DNA of 64,000 bases, from positions 3,224,001 to 3,288,000 of the forward strand of contig CM119382.1 of assembly GCA_051294905.1 (NCBI GenBank), read 5' to 3'. The notes beneath the pieces are model-generated. The model ran no database searches and had not been told where the DNA came from. It saw only the letters and a list, made by a program, of their open reading frames with translations. Shown piece by piece: positions 55,101 through 64,000 of this stretch. The translations under genes were made by a program, and so were the position numbers. Positions within the stretch are counted from its first letter, which is position 1. Each line of letters opens with the position of its first letter. The stretch comes from Botryllus schlosseri. Lineage: Eukaryota.

Positions 55101-58100
55101 GAATTTACTTCAATCTCGCCGTTTTCATTTGGGGGCACGTTGCTCCCCGGATTATACGAGTATTTAACAGTTTTACTGTAATCAAAGAATATAATATTAA
55201 TAATAGTCTGCAATCCTTCATCTGCTCGTTACAGAAATCTTCGCATCGACCGCAACATAGTCCACCAGCACTTTTGCATTTGCTTGCTCGTGGTGGAAAT
55301 TCTGTTCCTATTCGGCATCAATCAAACCCAATACGTCATATACTGTTCGGTCGTAGCCGGGCTGTTGCATTACTTCTTCATAGCGACGTTCTCGTGGGTA
55401 GCGTTGGAGAGCGTGCAGCTTTTTGCGGAGCTAGGAGAAAGCGGGAACAGAAAGTCGAACTTCAGGTGGTGGAAATATGTGGCTGCTTACGGTGAGATAC
55501 GCTATGAATACATTTTGATTTATTATATATCAGGTTGGGCACTATACAGTGCTCCTGTAGCATTTTCACAAGTAAGATTATATTACCGCCATTAACTCCA
55601 ATTAGTCTCAAATTATATATATAGTTGTCCAAGTCTGACAGAAGTATCATACGCGATTCTAAATTGCAGGAATCCCTCTGATCATAGTGGGTATTTCTGT
55701 CGGCGTCGGGTATGGAAGTTACGGCACAGACCGGGTGTGCTGGATCGAGGTCGAGTCGGGGTTAATCTGGACCCTGGTGGGACCCATCGCGCTTCTGATA
55801 CTGCTCAATCTCGTGTTCCTCTCCATGACGGTGTGTAAGATGTATAAAAATTCGATGGCCTTCAACGATACCGGGAGAATAAACTCTGTCAAGTTAGTAC
55901 GCGGTGGTTTCATCGCAGTATTGACCTTTTACGCTAAGATTTTAATCATTATGCAGAGCTGCAGTCCGCGGGGCATCCGTATTACTTTGTCTACTCGGCA
56001 TAACGTGGGCTTTCGGAATCCTGTGGCTCACCGAAGAATACCCTATCCTCGCCTATCTGTTCTGCGTGTTCAACGCTTTTCAGGGCATATTCATTTTCAT
56101 ATACTACTGCCTGCTACCGAAAAAGGTAAATTATGAATTTCCTTTTGATTAGAATAAGACTCTGATCAGAATGACATGATTTTTCAGGTTCGACACGAAT
56201 ACACGAAATGTTTGGGAAGGTTGCCGTGCTGCAAAAAGCTTGGTCGAGATTATGTTTCCAACAGCATGTCTTTCTCAAAGCAATACTCTGGGAGATATCC
56301 GAACGGAAACAATGCAGGATCACAGCAAACTAGCTTAAATGTAATATATGCTACTTATATGAACTCACATACATTATACAACATATATATTATACATATA
56401 AACAAACACCACATTCCGCCAATTTCATTTGTTGGCTAATATTGCATGTGAAGATTCACAATGTTGTGTATACCACCGTACCTTGATTTTAGAGTTACAC
56501 AGCACATTGTGCATTGACACTCACAATATTGGAAAACACATAAAATTGGCTGAAATGTAGTGTTTAACTTCCCGCTTCGAATTTAGAATCCATAATTTTG
56601 GCATTATAATCACAACGCAACTGTTTCAAACTAGGCTTGTTTTGACAAGGTTTTGGTCCATTTTACGCCCATTGACAGATAGGATAACTGACGCCGTGGT
56701 GTAAATCCAATCTTTCCATCGTTTTACAGCGTCCAAGTCATCTTCGTCGAATGTGGAACGAGACAATCGTAACCCCGAAAACATCGCAATCATCGCCGCC
56801 TGTCAATGACCCAGCATCAAATCGTGGTGAGCATTGCGTATAATATCTATTAATGTTATATCGAAGCCCTGAGAAAAATTTTTATGTCATCCATAATAGC
56901 CACTGCACTCTAAATATGATGTGCTTTCGAATGAAATATATAATTGTGACACCACAAAGATAGCACTTGTACTGGTGTATTTTTAAAGAAAATCTTTCAA
57001 CTGCAGTTCCTATTCTATGCGCATAATGAAGCGCATACCTTTGAAAAAACCATGGATATAAATTTCGACATATCCTTCAAACTTTATATAATTTAAAAAA
57101 TTCCATATCACTAATCAGTGCCTTTGTGCTGTCCATTGAATGTCCAACGTCAATAAACTTACCAATCATTAGCTTCAACTACTTTTTCACGCTGCTAATC
57201 GGGATCCAGCTTCTATTATCAAATCCTTATCTTCCGAAATCCCTCCTTCGTACACATTTTGTGCGGATTATCGGATGAGGACGTCGTTTTTGTACCTCTG
57301 TCCCGACGATCAATCGCCCGAGTCGGAAGACCCGCTGTCGAGTCGGCTATCTGCCACAGAACCTAGAAAAAGAAAGAGATTGTTCGGTATTATTTCGAGA
57401 GCGCAGTCTCGACGCAATACTATAGCAGCGGGAGGTAAAGCTCGATGTACGGGACTGTCGTGATCATCATTCCGATGTGTTCGTGCTGGTCTTCGGTCGT
57501 CCGCATGGAATATCTGTTGAGATATCCAAATTCAGTGTGAAATACGGATGAGATATAGATGATATTTGATGGTGTTTTGTCACGTTTCGTTAGCATGCTA
57601 CCATTCATCGTAAATATAGTATTTGTAGTTGAATTGTCGTTGGTAAAGCTTGTATTCTTCTTGAGCAGCCAGTGTGATCGTGACAAATTAACTAAAGCTG
57701 TTAACCGGGGCCGGCGATGACTTATCGTAGGTAGTAGTTATCGTAGTTATCGTAGGCCACGTGTTAACATAGTAGAACTGGGAGTAATGTTGCGCAAATG
57801 ACGAATGACACATAGGTACCGTTTTAGTAAATATAGTCACTTACCGTGGTACAGGGGCTATTTCTACAAATCGGTATTAGAATTCCACTCGTGAGAGTGA
57901 TACAAACATATTCCAAAACTTCCTTCTACTTCACAAAGTTAAACTTGTAAATAGTAGGTTTCGCCTATGAAATTGTGAAGCGGGCCTGTAAAAACATAAA
58001 CACTTGGGTAAGCAATGGAACTAGGCAATGCGACTTGAGTACTCCGAAAAATAGTAAGACTTCGTTACTGGCCAACTGTGTTTCTCCACAGACAACGTCA

Positions 58101-59157
58101 CCATGCCAAAACTAACGGATATATTTCATTTTCAGAAGTCAATCGCAACCCGCCGTGCCCTCACAGATCGACGCAACACTCCGCCCCAGCTCCCCCTGAG
58201 CCACGCCAGCGCCAAGAAGACGACGTTTTCCTCCCACCACCCGATATCGAAAAAGACAACAGATCTGAAAGCACGCGACTACTACACAACCCACCTGGAG
58301 ACATCGAATACGACCGTTTACAATACTACCGGTGTCCCGATCATTACAACCAAGGACCTTACACGCCGCAAGGCAATTATCACCCTTCCCCGGCCCAACA
58401 TAGACTCATACAGCCCCCTTCATCGATATCCCCACCGCATCAACTAATACACCCTAATTACGGTGTTCAATATCACCCCAGAAGTCCAGACATGCGATTC
58501 GAACCGGGTCATCCGCATAGTAACAGGCAAGACGCGACACATCCTTATTACTGGGAGCTAGACCCACCTTTAGCGCAGCATCACCACGTACATCAAAGTA
58601 GCATTGAGGAGAATACGAGCAGTGGAAAAAGAGATTCGGGAATTAGCATGCAACATCTTCCACCTAATTCAATGATTCATAGATTCGCAAACGAGATGCA
58701 AAGGAGCGGCATGCCTAGATCGCGTGACAGCCCCATTTCACCAACTGGCTCGCATTCGTCAAGTCGACAGACTCCTCCAGTTAGAATACAAGAGGAGGCT
58801 TTGCATCACAGTCAGTTACACCACCATCAACCACGGTATCCTGTCCATCACACGAGAGGAACGTTATCTGAAGACGAAGGACAAGGGTCTTCGTTTGAAG
58901 ACAGGGAGAACTCAAAGAACTTGTCGAACTCTAAGTCTGAAAAGGCCACAGCGCGTGGCACCACGCACACGCCGCGTGGGGTGTCGCCTCCTATCAAACT
59001 AGAGAAACCAATACCGATGGTGCCGGATCAGAGGGCGGCCGGTTCGATGCAGTCAGATTCGGATGACCCGATTGTGACTGACTGTAGCGGTAGTAGTGCC
59101 GCGTCGTCTTTCGGGAGACACTACAGGTCATGGGCTAATCAAGAGAATATGGTGTGA
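31103..59157 (+). CDS. ADGRL: Latrophilin / adhesion GPCR class L (ADGRL1-3-like), 22 coding exons, ~1557 aa
   Basis: Manual exon assembly: 31103-31172, 37615-37733, 38219-38334, 41918-42027, 43164-43426, 45353-45562, 46403-46721, 47878-48114, 49276-49398, 49713-49870, 52251-52419, 52511-52702, 53346-53515, 53643-53689, 54134-54358, 55235-55491, 55670-55892, 55957-56125, 56188-56340, 56730-56826, 57210-57434, 58136-59157. All introns are GT-AG with matching phases; total 4674 nt ending in TGA. Domain order lectin-OLF-HormR-GAIN/GPS-7TM is diagnostic of latrophilins. A 1:1 vertebrate paralog cannot be assigned. Confidence 0.95.
33093..33205. mobile_element. GGAGTC/GACTCC-rich MITE fragment (CAGTGATGAGC end)
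   Basis: The same terminus appears inverted at 35432-35442 (GCTCATCACTG) with similar CCGACTCC repeats at ~35320-35442. Confidence 0.6.
33230..33920 (-). pseudogene. Decayed hAT transposase (Ac/Hermes-hobo-like) in ADGRL intron 1
   Basis: BED finger KSDVWKDF...ARCQNC...L.H...[12 protein letters not shown] (33705-33920). After stops and frameshifts: [11 protein letters not shown]...ITTDMWTD...SLTVHF with the first catalytic Asp. Interrupted by a CAGTGATGAGC element at ~33093-33205. Confidence 0.85.
37615..37733 (+). CDS. ADGRL: ADGRL exon 2 (start of SUEL/RBL lectin domain)
   Basis: TTTGCAG| ... |GTAAGA; encodes ...[21 protein letters not shown], similar to latrophilin ACEGYPIELRCPGSDVI. Confidence 0.93.
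38219..38334 (+). CDS. ADGRL: ADGRL exon 3 (lectin domain)
   Basis: TTTTCAG| [14 protein letters not shown]...[15 protein letters not shown] |GTAGGC; ANYGR lectin motif. Confidence 0.95.
38472..38515 (+). ncRNA. Putative minimal hammerhead ribozyme, sense strand in ADGRL intron 3
   Basis: ACCC-CTGACGA(38486-92)-G-TGTCATC-C-GAAA(38502-05)-ATATTC|GGGT; predicted cleavage after C38511. Confidence 0.7.
41918..42027 (+). CDS. ADGRL: ADGRL exon 4 (end of lectin domain)
   Basis: [33 protein letters not shown] carries the DPCxGTxKYL motif; donor |GTGAGT. Confidence 0.95.
43164..43426 (+). CDS. ADGRL: ADGRL exon 5 (olfactomedin domain start)
   Basis: FQCPG...ASWTKDPLQ...[11 protein letters not shown]...YSLPSR...[13 protein letters not shown] resembles vertebrate FLCPG...WCKDPLQ...GFVVYDG. 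Confidence 0.95.
45353..45562 (+). CDS. ADGRL: ADGRL exon 6 (olfactomedin)
   Basis: [15 protein letters not shown] olfactomedin motif; TTGCAG| and |GTGCGT. Confidence 0.95.
46403..46721 (+). CDS. ADGRL: ADGRL exon 7 (olfactomedin end)
   Basis: [10 protein letters not shown]...[14 protein letters not shown] olfactomedin motifs. Confidence 0.95.
47878..48114 (+). CDS. ADGRL: ADGRL exon 8 (Thr-rich linker and HormR start)
   Basis: [14 protein letters not shown] linker, then [24 protein letters not shown]. Confidence 0.92.
49276..49398 (+). CDS. ADGRL: ADGRL exon 9 (HormR end)
   Basis: GFATYQC...[12 protein letters not shown], matching the W..GPD.S.C pattern; donor |GTGAGT. Confidence 0.92.
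49713..49870 (+). CDS. ADGRL: ADGRL exon 10 (GAIN subdomain A)
   Basis: Open helical-type frame with TTTACAG| and |GTAAGT; phase compatible. Confidence 0.88.
52251..52419 (+). CDS. ADGRL: ADGRL exon 11 (GAIN)
   Basis: ALSNVDD...SWDDL...[14 protein letters not shown], typical of a GAIN helix. Confidence 0.9.
52511..52702 (+). CDS. ADGRL: ADGRL exon 12 (GAIN)
   Basis: TTACAG| ... |GTAAAG, phase 1-1, open frame [17 protein letters not shown]...FP...IQIS. Confidence 0.88.
53346..53515 (+). CDS. ADGRL: ADGRL exon 13 (GAIN B)
   Basis: [13 protein letters not shown]...DSKVISAT...PATITLQH, matching VVF.LY..LG..L / NS.VISA / ITL.H motifs. Confidence 0.94.
53643..53689 (+). CDS. ADGRL: ADGRL exon 14 (GPS start, CVFW)
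   Basis: 47-bp exon [15 protein letters not shown]; TTTTTACAG| acceptor. Confidence 0.92.
54134..54358 (+). CDS. ADGRL: ADGRL exon 15 (GPS motif, Stachel, TM1)
   Basis: GEWSDSGC...[17 protein letters not shown], then hydrophobic TM1 [17 protein letters not shown]. Confidence 0.96.
55235..55491 (+). CDS. ADGRL: ADGRL exon 16 (TM2-TM3)
   Basis: RNIVH...[11 protein letters not shown]...[22 protein letters not shown]. Confidence 0.96.
55670..55892 (+). CDS. ADGRL: ADGRL exon 17 (TM4-TM5)
   Basis: [10 protein letters not shown]...[10 protein letters not shown]...IWTLVGPI...NLVFL. Confidence 0.96.
55957..56125 (+). CDS. ADGRL: ADGRL exon 18 (TM6-TM7)
   Basis: [16 protein letters not shown]...[22 protein letters not shown]; preceded by a 64-bp intron. 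Confidence 0.96.
56188..56340 (+). CDS. ADGRL: ADGRL exon 19 (helix 8 / proximal tail)
   Basis: [11 protein letters not shown] resembles latrophilin KKVRKEYGKCL; preceded by a 62-bp intron. The donor (AAT|GTAATA) is less certain. Confidence 0.85.
56730..56826 (+). CDS. ADGRL: ADGRL exon 20 (tail)
   Basis: [10 protein letters not shown] matches the conserved latrophilin SRIRRMWNDT; donor |GTGAGC. Confidence 0.88.
57210..57434 (+). CDS. ADGRL: ADGRL putative exon 21 (phase 1-1, 75 codons, possibly a cassette exon)
   Basis: CCAG| ... GGAG|GTAAAG, 225 nt open in the required phase. No recognised homology. Confidence 0.6.
58136..59157 (+). CDS. ADGRL: ADGRL terminal coding exon (His/Pro/Ser-rich tail, ends ...WANQENMV*)
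   Basis: CTAAC branch-like site plus TTTCATTTTCAG| acceptor in phase with the long ORF 58078-59157. Confidence 0.85.
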
Positions 59158-60729
59158 TTATGGTACTGAAGCGAGAAAAGATATCGCATAGCAGAGGGCG
59201 GTGTTACCGTGTTAAACATGGGACTGTCCTGATGGATCGTACCAGACAATACAATACACTTCACACCGTGGAATATAAAGAATGGAAAATAAGATACAGA
59301 AATAAATTACTGTGCCATCCCATCGAAAGAGTAGCATTTAATAATCGGCAAAATCAACTACCTGGGGTACTCGTCAGTCAAGTATTCGAATATCATCGAT
59401 TATACCGCACAATTACTTCAAAACCTCGAACACGTATCTTTTTTGCGTCCACAAGGAAAATGTCGCCACACTTCATCAAAGATAATCACCCCATTTCGGG
59501 CCGTGATTATTTCACGCTCTGCGACCATTGCGAGGCCTGATCGCTCCATGTCAACAATGTCGTTCCTGGTAAACTTGCGCAACGTGTTTTTCGATGCTGA
59601 AATACGACTAACCTAGGTTTCGAGACTCCAGCATTGGAAACGAAGTAATAAAACTGCATTTTTCGTGGATAAAATATTACTCTTGGTGTTAAGACGTTTA
59701 ATATTGTCGCAATCGATACTAGATTCGTTTTGCCCAACCGTAATCGGGAAAGCTGTAATTCACACGTGTTTTCCTGGCGATTCATAGCAACCTAGCAATT
59801 CTGACTCAACTCTCTTTTTTAACCGTTTTACTTTGCTTCTCTTTTCGCATTTTGATACAAGCGCATGTTCCTTTATATTACCGCAACTTTTAATTAGCTG
59901 CGTTGGTGTATTCAATGATGGCATCACGGAGTTAATATTGTAAGGCTCTGTTGCGTAATGCTTCCATTTACACGTGATGATCAGTTCTTCCCTTATATGT
60001 TGTATTGAAATTACGTCTAAAATAACTTCCTGTATGTTCTGTTCATGGATTTAGTTTCCGCGTTCGTCTCGATGTCGGCATTTAAGCCAAAGACTTATTC
60101 TGCAAAATTTGTTCGCTTGAGAAGTTGAAGACGAAAATCATGACGTATCTACATATTTGCGACGCATTTCTACTCATTTTTACTGTAATGAGATTCGTGA
60201 AATCGGGATGAAGTTATTTTCGGTGTTTTTAGGCAAATGCTCGTACGAAATTTGTTTGTGCCTAACTTTAACATCATATCATCACTGTGACCTATATGCC
60301 CATGATGTTGTGTTTTATCGCTTTGAAAAATATGACTTTACTTGCAATCGTACGTTGTCTGTCCGATGGGAAGTGTACTAGGGTACATAGACGAGACGAA
60401 TGCTAAAGAAATGACAGATTTCAGGTTAGAAGTTATTTGAATAGCTTGTGATTTGATTTGGAAAAAGTCGTACCAAAGGGGCTCTTGGAGGTACAGAACT
60501 TTTGTATACATTAAATAATATTTTCCGCTGGCACTCGCCAGGAATATTCGTCAGCCCAATATATTAAGCTTTATTTCAATATTCGATACTGAACCCTTTA
60601 CAAAGGATTCAAGGCCACGGGCACCAAATCTAACCTAGCCGCAGATAAGTAAGTGTTGCCTTCAGTTCCAATGAGCTTAGTTCCGCGATAGCAGGCGAAC
60701 TGATAGCCATTAAATCCATCGGATCGGAT

Positions 60730-61160
60730 TTGGCGGCAGTTAAATCCTATAGAGCCGTATTTCTGGCCTCCGATTCGACGACAGCTGACTGTTGTGGACT
60801 CCAAGTCGACTCAGGCTCATTTCGTGGCCTCCGAAGCAATCAGAGCTGCCACCAGTGGCTTCCGTATCGAAGAAGATAATTATTGTGGCCGCCGAATCAG
60901 TCGGAGTTGATAATTGTGGCGTCCAAGCCGATGTAGGCTCATTTCGTGGCCTCCAAAGCAGTTAGAGCTGCCACCCGTGGCCTCCGTATCGAAGAAGATA
61001 ATTATTGTGGCCTCCGAATCGGTCGGAGTTTATAATTGTGGCATCCAAGTCGATGTAAGCTCGTTTTGTGGCCTGTGAATCAATCACAGCTGCTTTTCAT
61101 GGCATCTGAATCAATCGGGGATGATATTTGTGGCGTCGAAGACGATGCAAGCTGACTTCC
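60730..61160. repeat. Minisatellite of 30/31-bp monomers with 122-bp higher-order period
   Basis: GTGGC-starting monomers at 60763, 60794, 60824, 60855, 60885, 60916, 60946, 60977, 61007, 61038, 61068, 61099, 61130. Every fourth monomer is the most similar. Confidence 0.88.
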
Positions 61161-64000
61161 CGCGCCTCGGAATCAACGAGACCACGTTTCTGCGGTTGTC
61201 AATCGCATGAAACTACGTTCGGCGGTAAACTGTCTAATTCACGTGAATATTGTTCCGTTCATGACAACAACCAACGATGTTTGAACACCTTTGAGCAAAC
61301 CTACCATATCTATTATTTTGTATATAGATGAAAATAATAGTAACTCTAAATCTATAACCCTTACCGATTTTTCATCTATACCTCAATTATGTAACCCAAC
61401 CTGCATTGCGTAAACAATTTCAATCTATGGCTGAACATTTTAAAATTTTACTTCGATCTCGACATTTCCTTAGGGGGCATGTTCCTGCCCGGGTTGTGTG
61501 TGTATTTACCAGTCTTACTGTGGATGAATAATAATTATACACTATTAATTGGTAGAGGGCCGTGATAAACAAGTTGTACACTACAGCTAGTATTATTTAT
61601 GTTAAAGTTAAAAGATATGTATGAACGATAGAGGGCAGAGTTGCAGGGGCAGTATGCTACTGTGCTTAGGTCATTCTCTCCACGTCATTCCCCCTTTTTT
61701 GAGGCGTCACTACGTTTGTGGATGGTGAAATTGGTGTGACCACGGTGAAAATGTGACACACCAGAAATACTTAGAAGTGAAGTGACGTAGAGGATGTATT
61801 TCGAGGTCGAATTGTCTAGAACTGAAAATGCAGACCATAGTGTATAATTGACGGGCCTACCATACGTCCTCTTTTAGGGGATTTGTTGTGTTTTTCAAAA
61901 GTGAATGGACCTCCAACGACGCCCAAATGTCATCTTTTTACCTATTTCGAGTTAGTTGCCTATCCTTTAACAAGACTTTTAGAAGAGACGTATGTATTTC
62001 CAAAAACTAATGTAGCCAGCATATTAGTTGGATAAATTTCGACAATCTTGGCGGATGTATACATTTTTAATGATGTTTCTTTAAACATTTTTACGATCTC
62101 TTTCAAAATGAGCATTCCTGACTGATGAAAGTTCATGGAACCGCAAAGTATTCACGGGCTGAACATATGAAATAAATTTGATCATTCTTGTTTTTGTGTC
62201 TGTTTTTGTAATCATCATCATTGGTTTATTAGCAATTTTATCAGTTCAATACACCACAAAAATGCGATACAATGAAAAGACAGGAAGATGTCGAAGCGAC
62301 AAGGAGTAGTCTATGGAATCTGACACCCACCTTGGCCTAGGCGATGTAAAGAGGAGGCATGCACACTGAATGAAAGTAAAGAAGATAGTATAGAAAAAAG
62401 AATGCGACAAGAAATAGGGCGGCATGTCATGGGAAGCGAGATCGATAGGTTAGTCGTGGTCCGGTAATCTCCGGTAACGTTTGCTTTGTTTTCGTAACTT
62501 TTGCCTGCAACTACCAAGGAAATGTAAAACATCATCAAACTCATACGTAACGAAGGTACTTTCGTTTTACTTGACGGCAAAAGTCCTCTTTAGGATTCTG
62601 AAAATATGGTAGAAAACCCGGTATTGGTCCCCATTCCCCCTACCTTCCGTGAATTTGACCGTAATATAATTGCCTTGGAATACAGTCACAACCCTACTGT
62701 TTCTACAGCTGAAAACGATACTTCATTTTAATCGCAAAAGTAAATAAAATTAGTACAGGTTGGTGTTAGAGCAGAACACTTAGCCTACTCGGTAGTCTCG
62801 ATTATTCGATCAGTACGAAACCACGACATCAACCGACTATTAAGCCACGCCACGAAATACCAACATATCCCAGTAATTGGATGAAAAGAATATGATGACC
62901 CGGTTATGATCATTTAACCCCAATGCCAAAACACACAAACGACACCAACCGGAAAAGGGCTGTAGAGATCAATTTCCCACATTATAGTAAACAACTCTAT
63001 GACAACAGGCGTTCAACAACGCATCATGACGACAGAGCCATGGAATGTCACGGCTGAACGCGCCAATTAATCCTCTTAGACACCTCGAAACGTGTTGGGG
63101 ATTATTTCGAACCATATTTAACCGTTTTGTGAATACCAAAAGTCACTCGTCTGGTGATTCAGACGCTATACAGACACTCTCCGTTGTGATTCAGTCCGGC
63201 GCAATCGCAGGGGGAGCGTGGGACAATAACGCACTTAACGGGTGTCAAGTGTGAGCGATTGAGGGGAGAATTTGACATTTGCGACATAAATTACCCGATT
63301 GTGTTCGTTGTTCAAGGCTTGTCATGGGCCCTATTCAATTTCAAAGTATAGAATATATTCCATTTATCTGAGAGCTGGTCGGTGGCGAATTATTTCTATT
63401 ATTCCGAACGAGGAATCAAACTAGGTCTGCTTATGTGACGTGTGTACGTACTCACGTGGTTTCCTTTAGACTACACCCACTCCTGCTTAAACAGCAAACT
63501 TTTTACAATTTGTTTTTTGTAAAGTAGAAGATGGTTTGGGGATAAACTTGCATCCCTTTTGTACGTAGAAATCGTTAAAACAACCGCGTGAAATTGCCAA
63601 GGTTGTAACCAAGTCACAAGTCAATTTGACTATAGTTGTGACTCGCGTCATTTTCAATTCGCCACCGAGTTAAGTCCGACTCCAAGTCAGTGAGCAACGG
63701 GTCGATAGGAGTCATAGTGTTCACTGTTCATTAGGGATTTAAAGTGACGTTCAACTCGATTCTGTGATACTCTCTTAGCCATATCGAACGCCTTGGATTC
63801 AATAATATAGGCCTATACTGATTCTTCTCATTCTAAACCGTTTTTTAAAACAGATTTAAAAAAAGTTTCTGGGCCTATTTTTCAAATGTCGCTCCTAATA
63901 TTCGTAGGGTTGCCCGATTTTGATATTCGGAAAAGACGACACTTTTAACAAATCACAAAACTGATAATATTCGACGAGAAAAAAAGGTAATTCGTTGTGC

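Noticed and set aside
60730-61160. CRISPR-like appearance of the regularly spaced GTGGC motif
   Set aside because: Eukaryotic context; the intervening sequences are themselves repeated with 122-bp period rather than unique spacers; no cas genes.

Overview
Eukaryotic genomic DNA, AT-rich and dense in transposons. It looks like an invertebrate chordate such as an ascidian; this is inferred from 62-64 bp introns and an olfactomedin-containing latrophilin. One protein-coding gene is supported: a + strand latrophilin/ADGRL adhesion GPCR. I assembled it by hand from 22 GT-AG coding exons (31103-59157). All intron phases are compatible, giving 4674 nt and 1557 aa: signal peptide, SUEL/rhamnose lectin, olfactomedin, Thr-rich linker, HormR, GAIN/GPS, 7TM and a long His/Pro/Ser-rich tail. 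The rest is non-autonomous hAT MITEs (several with perfect 8-bp TSDs, one nested), a decayed hAT transposase, a probable decayed Penelope-like reverse transcriptase, and a minisatellite with higher-order structure. The most notable signal is a ~130-170 bp dispersed repeat present as roughly 25-30 copies or fragments. Its core matches a minimal type I hammerhead ribozyme: CUGACGA, 1-bp helix II, GAAA, 2-bp helix III with palindromic AAUAUU, UUC cleavage triplet, ACCC/GGGU helix I, and a possible 6-bp loop II pseudoknot. Several copies lie in sense orientation in the latrophilin introns, and many occur as inverted pairs, as Penelope-like elements do. Nearly all ORFs in the supplied track outside the gene exons appear spurious.
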